Below are positions 43,824 through 53,452 of a DNA stretch of 62,780 bases, in pieces. The stretch covers positions 1 through 62,780 of the IMG/VR virus record IMGVR_UViG_3300007609_000001, one strand, 5' to 3'. Below the pieces are notes generated by a model that did not search any database, was not told the origin of the DNA, and worked only from the letters and a program-made list of their open reading frames with translations. The stretch comes from a virus. Lineage: Duplodnaviria > Caudoviricetes. Positions within the stretch are counted from its first letter, which is position 1. Each line of letters begins with the position of its first letter. The position numbers and the translations under genes are program-made.

Positions 43824-44963
43824 TTACTCAAAGACAACAAACGCAACAGGCCCGGTGTTATCCGGCTCAGCGTTGAATTGCGAGTTAGCTGCTTCCCAGT
43901 TGACTATTTTCATAGAAGAGACAGTTTTGTCGAATGCTCTAGCAAAGTTTCCGCCTCGTTGCGTTGACTGCTGGATGCTGGAGGTAATTACCGTGTAGGT
44001 GTCGGTTTCCATATCTTCTGTAAAGTTTATTGTGTAGTTACCTGTACTATTAAATACAACTGAGCTAATGTTTTTTCCATCAGAAAACACCCCGGTTCCG
44101 CTAAAGGTCGCAAAAGCCCTAGCTACGTGAATAGGCGCACTGCCAGAAGCATTAACTGCAGTTTTTACTCGCCCATCATTAGCAACAAACGTATCCGCAC
44201 GTTCGTAAGTTTGGTCAATTGCGTCTTGAGCGTTAGTGGCAGAAATCCCAGTTGTTATGTTGTCGTAGTCTATGGCCCCAGCGCTAAAGTCAAGGTCATT
44301 TATTACAGTAAAAACTTCATCAAACGCATCTTGCGCGTTAGTGGCCGTCGCTCCGGAATCGGTGTTGTCGTAGCTGGTTCCGGCAGCGGTGATAGCCCCA
44401 TTGATTTGCGTCGCGGTAATAGTGACTTCAGTGCCATCTAAGCTAAACGTCGAAAAATCGCCAGTACCAGTGAAGTCACCATCAAAGTCGCCAGAGAAAT
44501 TCCCGTCAAAGTCGCCTGAAAAGGTGCCGGAAAAGTCGCCGGAGAACTCACCAGAAAACATATCTTGCACCGATGCCGTAGCACCTTCGCCGTCGCAATA
44601 AATAATCTTTTTAGAGTTAGAAGGGATTTCTACCGTAGCGCCAGAGCCTTGAGCGACTGTAACCGATTGAGTTGTTTCGTTGTTAATTAGGTAGACTTTT
44701 TGCATCTCATTAGGAGATACCGTAACAGTAACAGGGCCGCCCGGCGTGCCGGTGAACCTAACAACCATGTGCCGGCCATTCGATGTCAGGCCGTCAACTG
44801 TAGTTAACGTATAGCTAGTTAGCCCGTTAAGCGAAACGTCTATAACCCCGGACACCAACTCTTCCATCAAACGCCAGTTTGTATTGGTTGTCTGCCCCCA
44901 AGTATTGGCTTGTTCGCCAACACCAATGAGCTCAATGCCGGTATTTGAATATGTACTTGCCAT
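43824..44963 (-). CDS. Tail fibre protein
   Basis: MASTYS...GEQANTWGQTTNTN; FSGD repeats; ATNAQDA x2; STGNYTINF. Confidence 0.75.
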   Translation of the reverse strand: MASTYSNTGIELIGVGEQANTWGQTTNTNWRLMEELVSGVIDVSLNGLTSYTLTTVDGLTSNGRHMVVRFTGTPGGPVTVTVSPNEMQKVYLINNETTQSVTVAQGSGATVEIPSNSKKIIYCDGEGATASVQDMFSGEFSGDFSGTFSGDFDGNFSGDFDGDFTGTGDFSTFSLDGTEVTITATQINGAITAAGTSYDNTDSGATATNAQDAFDEVFTVINDLDFSAGAIDYDNITTGISATNAQDAIDQTYERADTFVANDGRVKTAVNASGSAPIHVARAFATFSGTGVFSDGKNISSVVFNSTGNYTINFTEDMETDTYTVITSSIQQSTQRGGNFARAFDKTVSSMKIVNWEAANSQFNAEPDNTGPVAFVVFE

Positions 44964-44975
44964 GCCCGTGCCTCG

Positions 44976-45878
44976 CTACGCGCTAATTTTTTGCCAGTTT
45001 ACACTAGAACTGGGTTGAATTTCAGTCCAATCTGGATTTTCACTTGGGGGTATCTCCACCCAATTAACGTTTGCGCCGGGGACAATTCTACCCCACACAA
45101 ACACCGAATTTAATACTGTGCTAGCCGATGCTGAGCTAGGTATAACGACAGCCTTAGCAATAACAACGGGGCTACCAATTCGACTCGCCGCTGTCACCCC
45201 AGCCACATTAAGTACGTTAATCGTAAATAACGTAATCTCACCTAATTGCGCATCCGTCTGCACGCCTGTAGGCTCGACCACCGCTTGAGCAACAACTACT
45301 TCTGCCCCTAGTTGGCTAGCCGCTTGAACGCCAGTCAGCTGAACATTAGCCTCGGCTACAACGACCTCAACGCCTACCTCACCAACACCCTGCACACCGG
45401 TAGGTAAAACATTAGCCTGAGCAATAATTGTCTCGTCGCCTAGCTGGGTCGCTGCTTGAACGCCGGTGGGCTCTACAACGGCTTGAGCGACAACTATCTC
45501 GTTGCCTAGCTGGGTCGCTGCTTGGACGCCAGTAAGCAGGACGTTGGCTTGAGCCGCCACGGTCTCATTACCCACCACACCCGCAGTAGCGAGAGAATCA
45601 GGCTCTACAACAGCTTGAGCGACAACGACTTCGTTGCCTAATTGAGAACCGGCTGTAACACCGGTAAGAAGGACGTTGGCCGCAGCGGCAACCGTCTCAT
45701 TGCCTAGCTGGGTCGCTGCTTGGACGCCGGTGGGTTCTACAACAGCCTGAGCTGTAACTATGACCGTACCAACAGCACTGCCGGCGCTAACGCCGTTAGC
45801 CGAGACGACGACTCCGATTGAGGCCTCGCCAAGACTAGAAAACGCGCTAGAAGAAAACGGCGAGTCACTAAACAGCAT
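44976..45878 (-). CDS. Tail-associated protein with ~21-aa internal repeats
   Basis: Repeated AQAVVEPTGVQAATQLGNE units. Confidence 0.7.
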   Translation of the reverse strand: MLFSDSPFSSSAFSSLGEASIGVVVSANGVSAGSAVGTVIVTAQAVVEPTGVQAATQLGNETVAAAANVLLTGVTAGSQLGNEVVVAQAVVEPDSLATAGVVGNETVAAQANVLLTGVQAATQLGNEIVVAQAVVEPTGVQAATQLGDETIIAQANVLPTGVQGVGEVGVEVVVAEANVQLTGVQAASQLGAEVVVAQAVVEPTGVQTDAQLGEITLFTINVLNVAGVTAASRIGSPVVIAKAVVIPSSASASTVLNSVFVWGRIVPGANVNWVEIPPSENPDWTEIQPSSSVNWQKISA

Positions 45879-45896
45879 CTATCTGCTCCGGGTTAG

Positions 45897-46262
45897 TTAT
45901 TCACGACCACAGTGTTTCAGATAGTATACCCATCCACCTGCACGTACGCCCCAATAAATTGGATACCTCCGCCACCACGGCACGCCCTGCGCCACCATAG
46001 CTTCAAGCATCGTTTTATCGGCAAACTTTCTACTTACACACTGATTGTAGAGGTAGTCATGCACCACCGCCGCCTCAGTCGCCCGGCCTTTAAGCCACGC
46101 GTGCAGCACAGGGATGCGAGGAACTGAATCTAAGTCAGTCTCAAACCCAGCCGGCACGACAATCTCACTGCGATCCTCGTAGGCAAACACCAGTGGCTCT
46201 AGCGTCACCCACCGCCCCTTAGAGCGGTGTTTTATCTTTAGTGTGTTGACAAACCTAGGCAT
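45897..46262 (-). CDS. DUF1353 family protein
   Basis: VPAGFETDLDSVPR...AAVVHDYLY...ADKTMLEAM. Confidence 0.85.
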   Translation of the reverse strand: MPRFVNTLKIKHRSKGRWVTLEPLVFAYEDRSEIVVPAGFETDLDSVPRIPVLHAWLKGRATEAAVVHDYLYNQCVSRKFADKTMLEAMVAQGVPWWRRYPIYWGVRAGGWVYYLKHCGRE

Positions 46263-46674
46263 CGGTATACATCAACGCTGCTTGATTCGCCCACTGTAGA
46301 ATCTGCTGAATACGCACGACATCCTGCTCGTCAATCCGACCCGAGCCAATCTCTGTGATTAACCGCTCCTGCACCGAAGTAATTAGCGCGTTAATGAGAA
46401 TCTGCTCATAAGCCCCGAGCTCGGTGAAATCAATCAACTCTCGGGTTAAGTCAGCCACACCCGCCACCGTCGCGGTACTACCCGCATCGACCTGCTCAGA
46501 GACAAGCTCTGTAATTGTCACAATAGACTCAGCCCGCTCCTGCGGGTCTTCAGCCGCTGTGATTAGTCGGATTGTGCCTAGCTGCACCGCCGTAGAGGCA
46601 GTCAGCGGACGGCTATCAATCAACGCACAGGCAGTCAGCGTCGCTGTAAGGGCTAAAACCAATAAAATACGCAT
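46255..46674 (-). CDS. Lipoprotein
   Basis: MRILLVLALTATLTAC lipobox. Confidence 0.7.
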   Translation of the reverse strand: MRILLVLALTATLTACALIDSRPLTASTAVQLGTIRLITAAEDPQERAESIVTITELVSEQVDAGSTATVAGVADLTRELIDFTELGAYEQILINALITSVQERLITEIGSGRIDEQDVVRIQQILQWANQAALMYTDA

Positions 46675-46678
46675 GGTA

Positions 46679-47215
46679 CTACTCCTGCGGCTGGGTGATT
46701 TCTTGCATTTCAATCCGACCTTCACCTAAGTCATAAGAGTCATCAGGCCGGTAACGCGGTGCGTTGCCTTCACGATAAGCACCGATGCCAAGCTCGGTAA
46801 ACGCCTCATGCTCACTCTCAGCCAGTCGCACGCTATTATTACTTTGGACTTTACCCAAATTGTAATTCATGTAGCCCGTGACCACTTGACCAGTAAAGGG
46901 CAGCAAGACCGACGCCCAGTCTAGCATCTGATTACGCGGAGCCTCAGGGGTAACAGCAGTTGATTTATTATCATCGCCGCCGTTTGCGTTCATTAAAGCC
47001 AGCGCCATCGTTGCCGAGGCTTTAGTTGCTTCATCACCTTGCTCTGCCATTTGCACTAAAGCGTTAATTCGCTGAGACTGTGAGTCAGCTTTTACGGCTT
47101 CGACTTCAGCGCGCTTGGCGTTAATTTCAACCATTGCGGCATAGTATTCAGCGTTGCTAGCACAACCGGCTAACAGCGCAACCGCAGGTATGAAAAGTAG
47201 TCCTTTTTTCATCAC
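46679..47215 (-). CDS. Lipoprotein
   Basis: MKKGLLFIPAVALLAGC lipobox. Confidence 0.75.
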   Translation of the reverse strand: MMKKGLLFIPAVALLAGCASNAEYYAAMVEINAKRAEVEAVKADSQSQRINALVQMAEQGDEATKASATMALALMNANGGDDNKSTAVTPEAPRNQMLDWASVLLPFTGQVVTGYMNYNLGKVQSNNSVRLAESEHEAFTELGIGAYREGNAPRYRPDDSYDLGEGRIEMQEITQPQE

Positions 47216-47427
47216 AATACACCTCTTGAGATACGACTTCCTAACGAAGCCAGTAAAGCTGAACCCGCCGCGATCATCTCCGGCGTGGCGACAATCCCAG
47301 CCATATTTAGCGCTCCTGAGAATAACACTGCAACGGTGGCAGCGGAAACCTCAGCAGAGTCCTCCGCACCCCTTATCGCCCGTGAAATCCTTGTAATCTC
47401 TTTTCGCTGCTCTTTTGTAACGCTCAT
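47212..47427 (-). CDS. Small membrane protein (holin-like)
   Basis: Two hydrophobic segments, basic N-terminus. Confidence 0.5.
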   Translation of the reverse strand: MSVTKEQRKEITRISRAIRGAEDSAEVSAATVAVLFSGALNMAGIVATPEMIAAGSALLASLGSRISRGVL

Positions 47428-47430
47428 AGT

Positions 47431-48249
47431 CTATCCTATTCTGTACCTTACGATGACGATGCCGGAGCCACCTGCTCCGCCAGTACTCCCGCCACCACCG
47501 CCAGTGTTAGGAGCGCCGGGTTGGTCTACATCTCCTCCGCCCCCTATACTTGCGCCGCCGCCGGTTGGATAGGCTGATCCGTAGCCTTCCCCGCTACCCC
47601 CTCCAGCTCTTGCAACGCTTGATCCATCAATAGAAGAAAAAATACCATCACCGCCAACACCCCCGCCTGATCCAGAGCCATCTGCCCCACGTGTACTTGC
47701 GCCTCCACCACCACCAGTTGCGAATCCTACGGCGTTACCTACAGTATTTCCTCCTCTGTTTCCTTGATTAGCTGTACCAGAAGCACCGATTCTGTTCAAA
47801 CTACCGCCACCGCCAGAACCTCCAATATCTGCCGCATTACCGTCACGATTTGCACCTCGACCACCACCAATAGATGTTATCGTAGAAAATACAGAGTCTT
47901 GACCGGAAACCCCTCCAGCACCTCCGTCACCTACAGTGACTGTGTAAGAACCAGAAGATAGAATTAAAGAAGGCTCGGATATAGTGTTATCCCCCGATTG
48001 TTCCCGAGGAACAGAAGAACGATATCCGCCAGCGCCTCCTCCTCCGCCTTGTGAAGTGCCAGCACCACCCCCTCCAGCAACAACAAGGTACTCAACTTCA
48101 CCACCGCGAGTGACCTCAAACGTACCATCGGAGGTAAATGTGTGAACACGGTACTGCTTACCATCTTGGGTAATATCAGTAACAGTGCCGCCTGTAGCTA
48201 CAACAGGAAGAATCCCACCACCACGTCTTGTAATGATACCTTCGGCCAT
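47431..48249 (-). CDS. Glycine-rich tail fibre/adhesin protein
   Basis: YRVHTFTSDGTF...EYLVVAGGG...GGSGIVIVRY. Confidence 0.8.
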   Translation of the reverse strand: MAEGIITRRGGGILPVVATGGTVTDITQDGKQYRVHTFTSDGTFEVTRGGEVEYLVVAGGGGAGTSQGGGGGAGGYRSSVPREQSGDNTISEPSLILSSGSYTVTVGDGGAGGVSGQDSVFSTITSIGGGRGANRDGNAADIGGSGGGGSLNRIGASGTANQGNRGGNTVGNAVGFATGGGGGASTRGADGSGSGGGVGGDGIFSSIDGSSVARAGGGSGEGYGSAYPTGGGASIGGGGDVDQPGAPNTGGGGGSTGGAGGSGIVIVRYRIG

Positions 48250-48581
48250 TAGCGCACCACCTTGATTAGCACAGGGAGGTCTTCTGTGGGTACGTCAGTT
48301 GCGTACAATTTAACCTCATCATCAGCCGATGCCTCGACACGATACACTGAACCCCAAGCGCTCTGGATATCCGCTACTGACGCAAACGCCGTGCTAGACA
48401 AATCCAAATCAATAACGGGTCTATCCGTAGACTTAATTCCAGTAACCGTCAAAGTCGCCACAGCCGGCTCAGTCCCAGCCCAGTCCGTCGTGTCTACAGT
48501 CTGAGTAAAAAAACTCGCCGCACCACCCGGAGGGCCGTCTCCTGCCTCATTTGTAATCTCGTTAACCCGCAGTGTGCTCAT
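48249..48581 (-). CDS. Tail fibre-associated protein
   Basis: MSTLRVNEIT N-terminus typical of fibre modules. Confidence 0.6.
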   Translation of the reverse strand: MSTLRVNEITNEAGDGPPGGAASFFTQTVDTTDWAGTEPAVATLTVTGIKSTDRPVIDLDLSSTAFASVADIQSAWGSVYRVEASADDEVKLYATDVPTEDLPVLIKVVR

Positions 48582-48582
48582 A

Positions 48583-49041
48583 TCAACTTACTCCAAACAG
48601 TGCATCCATCTGCTCATCTGTATAACCCATCTGTGAAGCCATGTTCAGCAGGTCAGGGTCTAGGCGAGCAAAGGTATCTGAGTCCTCCCAGAGAATCTGG
48701 ATACGCTCATCAGCTGTGTTCGCTACAAAGTCTTTGACATCCTGAAGATACCCAGCTTCCATCAGTGCTAGTTTGAAATTAGCGCGGGATAGGGATGCGG
48801 ATTCTCTGGCTTGCTCAAGCGCACGTTCATCGGGATTGTAGTCGGGCATATCAGGAACCGGCGCATCCGGGAAGTCATCAAGCGTAAAGCCAAACTTCTC
48901 GATCTCTGCCGTGCTCTGTTCTAACACCCACTCAGCACCATCCCAGACGTACTTGTTGATCGACCCTGCCAGCGATGCAAGAAACCGATCCCGCACATCA
49001 TCAGGAGCAGCGTCTAAATCTTTTCGGTTGTTAATAATCAT
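48583..49041 (-). CDS. Putative tail-fibre chaperone
   Basis: C-terminus paralogous to 43335..43598. Confidence 0.6.
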   Translation of the reverse strand: MIINNRKDLDAAPDDVRDRFLASLAGSINKYVWDGAEWVLEQSTAEIEKFGFTLDDFPDAPVPDMPDYNPDERALEQARESASLSRANFKLALMEAGYLQDVKDFVANTADERIQILWEDSDTFARLDPDLLNMASQMGYTDEQMDALFGVS

Positions 49042-49064
49042 ATCTTTTTATCCTATGTGGGCAC

Positions 49065-50162
49065 TCACGGAAGAATGACGTGAGGGCAGACGCCGCGGCC
49101 GGAGAGAAGGTTGATAAACGAGAAGGCTACAGAAGAAGCCCAATAAGACGAACGAGACCCAGCCCGAGCCCCATTAGTCCAAGCCCCGCCAAAAAAACCG
49201 GCACGGAGATCGCCGTTGTAGGTGTAAATCTCACCACGCCCCTCAGCGATATCTCGCCATGCGCCTGAGCCTGTTCCGTCTGCGATAACGTCACGCCCCC
49301 AAACCCAAAGGTTGCCCGTTGCCTGAATAACGCCCCATTTGGAAGTGCGAGCAGCATCGAGCTGGGTTGTGCCGGGATCAGAGCCGCGATCCGTTTCTTC
49401 GGTGACGCCATAGGCCAGCGCCATGAACTCCGCATAGGTCGGTGCTTTCTTGCCATAAGCAGCAAAAACCTCTTGGCATTCATACCACTTAAAAGAGCCA
49501 TAAGTCGTAGAGCCATTGCCACCAAAAGCAGCAGGAATAATCGGTGGAGAGCTGCCGTCAGCAATCGTTACGCCAAAAGCGCTAGTGCCGTTTGCGTCTG
49601 GGTTGGTGTTGAGTAAGTATATGTCAGCCCAAAAGCCGCCAGCAACAAGCGTCATTCCGCGAGGGTCTTCGCACGAGGGGAGAAATTTCAAGTCCCAAAA
49701 ACTGTATTCATTAATCTGGTTGGTAGTATTTCCGCCTGACGTGCCTGTTGCATTCCCACCCGGCGCATAATGAAAACCACCCACTCTTCGAGCACCAGCC
49801 ACAGGCGCGACGCTAAATGAATCATCGGCGGTCAAGGAGCCGTCAGGCTCAACCCATATTGCGTAGTCGGTGCCGACTGTTAGGGTTGGCATGGAGATAG
49901 TCGTTCCGCTTGCAATCTCAAGCACCGAGCCCCCCACTTCGACGAAAATTGCTTGCCCGGTCTCAGCAGTGTCGTTTCCTGTCTTAACCCAAGCCACGGA
50001 ATCGCGGTCTGACTTGAAAAACCTACCAACAAGACTTTCCGTTCTAGCCACCGTCCCAGACACATCAGGCAAAGTCAGCGTCCTGTTCGTGTTGCTATTC
50101 GGTGCAGCTAGAGTAAATGTCCCTGTGCCGCTAGCACTTGGTTGGAGAGAGATTTTAGACAT
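49065..50162 (-). CDS. mtd: Mtd-like (BPP-1 major tropism determinant) CLec-fold receptor-binding protein
   Basis: GGFHYAPGGNA...INEYSFWDLKF...DPRGMTLVAGGFWADIYL...QATGNLWVWG...FGGAW...GSR...W...GRGVCPH. Confidence 0.85.
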   Translation of the reverse strand: MSKISLQPSASGTGTFTLAAPNSNTNRTLTLPDVSGTVARTESLVGRFFKSDRDSVAWVKTGNDTAETGQAIFVEVGGSVLEIASGTTISMPTLTVGTDYAIWVEPDGSLTADDSFSVAPVAGARRVGGFHYAPGGNATGTSGGNTTNQINEYSFWDLKFLPSCEDPRGMTLVAGGFWADIYLLNTNPDANGTSAFGVTIADGSSPPIIPAAFGGNGSTTYGSFKWYECQEVFAAYGKKAPTYAEFMALAYGVTEETDRGSDPGTTQLDAARTSKWGVIQATGNLWVWGRDVIADGTGSGAWRDIAEGRGEIYTYNGDLRAGFFGGAWTNGARAGSRSSYWASSVAFSFINLLSGRGVCPHVILP

Positions 50163-50640
50163 CTTCAGTGACCTCTACCCAGCTCTGGGTCTCTTCGTCC
50201 CACTCGTAGAACTTATCGTCATCAGGGTAAGGCACAGGCGCTTCCCAGTTTAGTGTCTCGGTGTTCCACACCCATGACGGGTAAGGCTGCTCTGGGCGAG
50301 GGATAGTGAACGTTGTCTGTCCGGTGTACTCACCGTTACGCCCTTTGATCCATACGGAGAACTCACACTCAGCATCCGGCGGGAAAGTGGTCAAGCGCTC
50401 AGTCACTAACTCATTCTGGTCAGTGGAGACGTACTTTACACCCTCTGGTGGCCATGATTTCTCTAGCACTAGCTCACCGTTGACTCTGACATCAGCACCA
50501 TAAGATAGACCCCGAATATCAACCGTCTGACCATGCCGCTCAAGGGCAGCAATAAAGTCGCAGTAGTACGGCCCGATCTTTGACTTATCAAATCTAATTT
50601 CAGATGTCTGTGTGTCGTAGATAACTTTAATACTACTCAT
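50155..50640 (-). CDS. Tail-associated protein
   Basis: C-terminal PYPSWVW...WEAPVPYP...YEWDEETQSW. Confidence 0.65.
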   Translation of the reverse strand: MSSIKVIYDTQTSEIRFDKSKIGPYYCDFIAALERHGQTVDIRGLSYGADVRVNGELVLEKSWPPEGVKYVSTDQNELVTERLTTFPPDAECEFSVWIKGRNGEYTGQTTFTIPRPEQPYPSWVWNTETLNWEAPVPYPDDDKFYEWDEETQSWVEVTEDV

Positions 50641-50646
50641 GTCTGT

Positions 50647-51654
50647 TTACCCTATTCTGTATCTGATGATTACGACGCCGGAGCCGCCCGCCCCCGAACT
50701 ACCTCCCGCGCTATTACCTCCAGAACCCACCGTTATTGGGTAGCTTTGAGCGCTTACAAGCAAAGCCTCCTCTGCGGTTGCCCCTCCGCCAGAAAACTCT
50801 CCAACTACTGAACTTCGATAGCCGCCTGAGCCGCCACCACCGCCAAAATTTCCGCCACCGCCACCGCCACCGGTGTTACTAATCCCAGATACATTACCAT
50901 CGCCTCCTCCACCATCGCCGCCGTCTCCAGCAGTAGCCCCAGACCCGGTAGTTCCACCACCCCCTCCTCCACCTCTAACAATAAGACTCCCGTCTATGCT
51001 AGAAGAAACGCCGTCTCCCCCTTTACCGGCTTTTGTTCGACTACCAAGGGCACCTTCTCCGGCCTCAGAAGAACCTCCTCCACCTCCCGGAGGATAAGGC
51101 GCCGAAGCTGATCCTGAACCGCCTGAAAAACCTTGCTCTGCTACGCCTGTGCCTGCGGTTAATCCACCAAAACCTCTTCCGCCGCCGCCAGACCCTCCAT
51201 TCCTAGAAGATGTAGGGGTTAGACTTCCTCCACCAGCACCACCACCCAATGATATTATAGTAGCAAAGATACTGTCTTCGCCTTTAACACCTTCAATTTC
51301 ATTATTACCGCCTGAGCCGCCACCACCAACAACAAGGTACTCAACCTCACCGCCGCCAGCAGTGACTTGGAAAGTTCCGTCTGAGGTAAATGTGTGAACA
51401 CGGTATTCTTTGCCGTCTTGCGTAATGTCAGTAACAGTGCCGCCTATCGCCTGTATCCCAAAAGGATCACTTATTGACTGCCACTCTTCTTTAATTGGGT
51501 TGTACGCCTCTAACCTATTTGATTCAGTATTAAACCGCATCATCCCCGCTTGAGGGCTAGCAGGGCGTTGAGCCGTCGTGCCTACAGGTAACTGTGTTGC
51601 CCCTGTGACTTGGGATTGATCTACGCCATCAGAGCCACTTACTTTTACTGACAT
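50647..51654 (-). CDS. Glycine-rich tail fibre protein (paralogue of 47431)
   Basis: LPVGTTAQRP...GMMRFN plus Gly-rich domain ending GGSGVVIIRY. Confidence 0.8.
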   Translation of the reverse strand: MSVKVSGSDGVDQSQVTGATQLPVGTTAQRPASPQAGMMRFNTESNRLEAYNPIKEEWQSISDPFGIQAIGGTVTDITQDGKEYRVHTFTSDGTFQVTAGGGEVEYLVVGGGGSGGNNEIEGVKGEDSIFATIISLGGGAGGGSLTPTSSRNGGSGGGGRGFGGLTAGTGVAEQGFSGGSGSASAPYPPGGGGGSSEAGEGALGSRTKAGKGGDGVSSSIDGSLIVRGGGGGGGTTGSGATAGDGGDGGGGDGNVSGISNTGGGGGGGNFGGGGGSGGYRSSVVGEFSGGGATAEEALLVSAQSYPITVGSGGNSAGGSSGAGGSGVVIIRYRIG

Positions 51655-51655
51655 A

Positions 51656-52114
51656 TCACACCACCGTCCATACTGATCCAGCGGGCACCGTTATATCCAC
51701 GCCAGCCTCAACCGTTATCGGCCCAGCACTTAGCGCGTTATACCCAGCGGGAATCTCAAATTCTTGGTTTATCGTAGAGCTGTTGATAATCAGCCCCTCA
51801 GAGCCCGACACGGCTTTGCCGGCGGGGTAAGTGACAAATATCTCTTTATCACCAGCACCAAAGTTGACTAAGCTGCCGCTGTTAGACGACGAGAATACCT
51901 CGTCTCGGGACAATGTAGGTCCGGTCGTGCTATATGTGCCCAGCCCAACTTCCCAATCACCGGTTGAAGGGTCAGTTACCGCATAATACGTCTGCTCACC
52001 GTTACCGACCGCAGCAAAAGACTGAAAGCCCGGTTCCGCGCCTGCAAGCGTAAAACTCCCAGTCCCGGTGGTACTCGTCGTCTCTTTAACGCGATCCTTG
52101 AATACCAGTGACAT
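51656..52114 (-). CDS. Tail fibre anchoring/structural protein
   Basis: DRVKETTSTTGTG...WEVGLGT...SAGPITV. Confidence 0.65.
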   Translation of the reverse strand: MSLVFKDRVKETTSTTGTGSFTLAGAEPGFQSFAAVGNGEQTYYAVTDPSTGDWEVGLGTYSTTGPTLSRDEVFSSSNSGSLVNFGAGDKEIFVTYPAGKAVSGSEGLIINSSTINQEFEIPAGYNALSAGPITVEAGVDITVPAGSVWTVV

Positions 52115-52124
52115 GACTTACCTC

Positions 52125-52550
52125 TTAGGTAATGCGGATAATCGCGTTGCTCGCGTCAGCCGTTGGAAACTGAATCGTGAAATCACCGTTGGTCGAGGTC
52201 TTATCCCCACCAAAGTCCAACACAGCCACTGCACGGTTAGAGTCCGTGCTGTTGTAAATCAACGCACCGGCCGCCGTAATCGTCGCATCAGCAAACGTCG
52301 TATCAGCAAAATCTATAAACGCAGTCGTGCCAGAAGTCGTTGGGTTGACATTAGATAGCGTATTACCGCCTGCCGTATACCCCGTACCTGAGACCTCATT
52401 AGTCGTGGAGTACGTCGTCGTGGACGCATCCAGAGAGGCTGAACTGGTGTACAGCGCGAGTTTAAACGTATCCCCACCGGTGGTGAAGTCATGAATGCCC
52501 TCAAGGAGCTCTTCTTTAAAGCTGGTGCAAAGTGCTTGGGTAATCGCCAT
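52125..52550 (-). CDS. Virion structural protein
   Basis: MAITQALCTSFKEELL...FKLALYTS...LDFGGDK. Confidence 0.7.
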   Translation of the reverse strand: MAITQALCTSFKEELLEGIHDFTTGGDTFKLALYTSSASLDASTTTYSTTNEVSGTGYTAGGNTLSNVNPTTSGTTAFIDFADTTFADATITAAGALIYNSTDSNRAVAVLDFGGDKTSTNGDFTIQFPTADASNAIIRIT

Positions 52551-52563
52551 TGTAATCTCCTAA

Positions 52564-53196
52564 CTAGTCTTTAGATCGACGGTAAAAATCAAGCCCTTCA
52601 ACGGCTTGGGCATAACCATTTAAGTTGCTCAGCGCCTGACTAAACCGCTGGTCATACACGCTAATCATATCAGGCTCACCTTTCATAAAAATATACGCCT
52701 CTACCAACGACCCGTACAGCATCACAGTAGGCGCGTTCTCACTTAACCACGTCACCCCCGAGGGCTCATCTACCAACGACACAGGGCGGTAGAAGTAGTG
52801 TAGCTCCGCATTATACGCAGCGTCAGGAGTAGGCGCGACAATAAAATTATCAAGGTCAAAGTCAGCATAGTACCGAGGAAACCCCGTCTCGCTGTCATCG
52901 GGCCAGAACTCTTGGACAAAGTTAGTGTCCTTGTTCAGCAAGAACTCCTTATCCGCACCTGACCCAATAGATAGTGAAAATGAATACAGCCAATCGGTAG
53001 GCTTAGGAATATACTTGTTCCCCGCGACGATATTAGTGTTCGCGTTTTTCCGAAAAAGCTCCAACGGTACTGACTTAAGTACCCGCTCCTCGGTCTGCGT
53101 AATAAACGAGTCGATGTTATTAACAAACGTCTCTTCAACGTTGTCCGTGTAATCTTGAATCGCTTGCCGCAATGAGTTGTATGTATAACCAGCCAT
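52564..53196 (-). CDS. Head-tail adaptor-like protein
   Basis: PRYYA...VAPTPD...LYGSLVEAY.FMK. Confidence 0.7.
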   Translation of the reverse strand: MAGYTYNSLRQAIQDYTDNVEETFVNNIDSFITQTEERVLKSVPLELFRKNANTNIVAGNKYIPKPTDWLYSFSLSIGSGADKEFLLNKDTNFVQEFWPDDSETGFPRYYADFDLDNFIVAPTPDAAYNAELHYFYRPVSLVDEPSGVTWLSENAPTVMLYGSLVEAYIFMKGEPDMISVYDQRFSQALSNLNGYAQAVEGLDFYRRSKD

Positions 53197-53450
53197 TAGG
53201 GTAGTCCGTTGATAAAGTCATCGTAAGCGGTCGTATCGACCGGCGGCTCCACGCGAGCTGGGCGCGCGTGACGGAGGGCCTCAGCATCAGCCCGTACATA
53301 AGGCGGCTCTAGTTGTGGGTGTTTAACCTCAAAGCATTCGGGACACACCCGTGAGCCGTTCCACTCTTCACGAATCTTTAAGTAGGGGTACTCCATCCCG
53401 CAGCGGTCACACAGCGCTAAGGCGTATTTTCCTGATGCGTAGTTACCCAT
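53196..53450 (-). CDS. Small Zn-ribbon protein
   Basis: CDRCG...VCPECFE.KHPQL. Confidence 0.7.
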   Translation of the reverse strand: MGNYASGKYALALCDRCGMEYPYLKIREEWNGSRVCPECFEVKHPQLEPPYVRADAEALRHARPARVEPPVDTTAYDDFINGLP

Positions 53451-53452
53451 AA

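Noticed and set aside
49065-50162. Complete diversity-generating retroelement
   Set aside because: No reverse transcriptase motifs, Avd or template repeat seen
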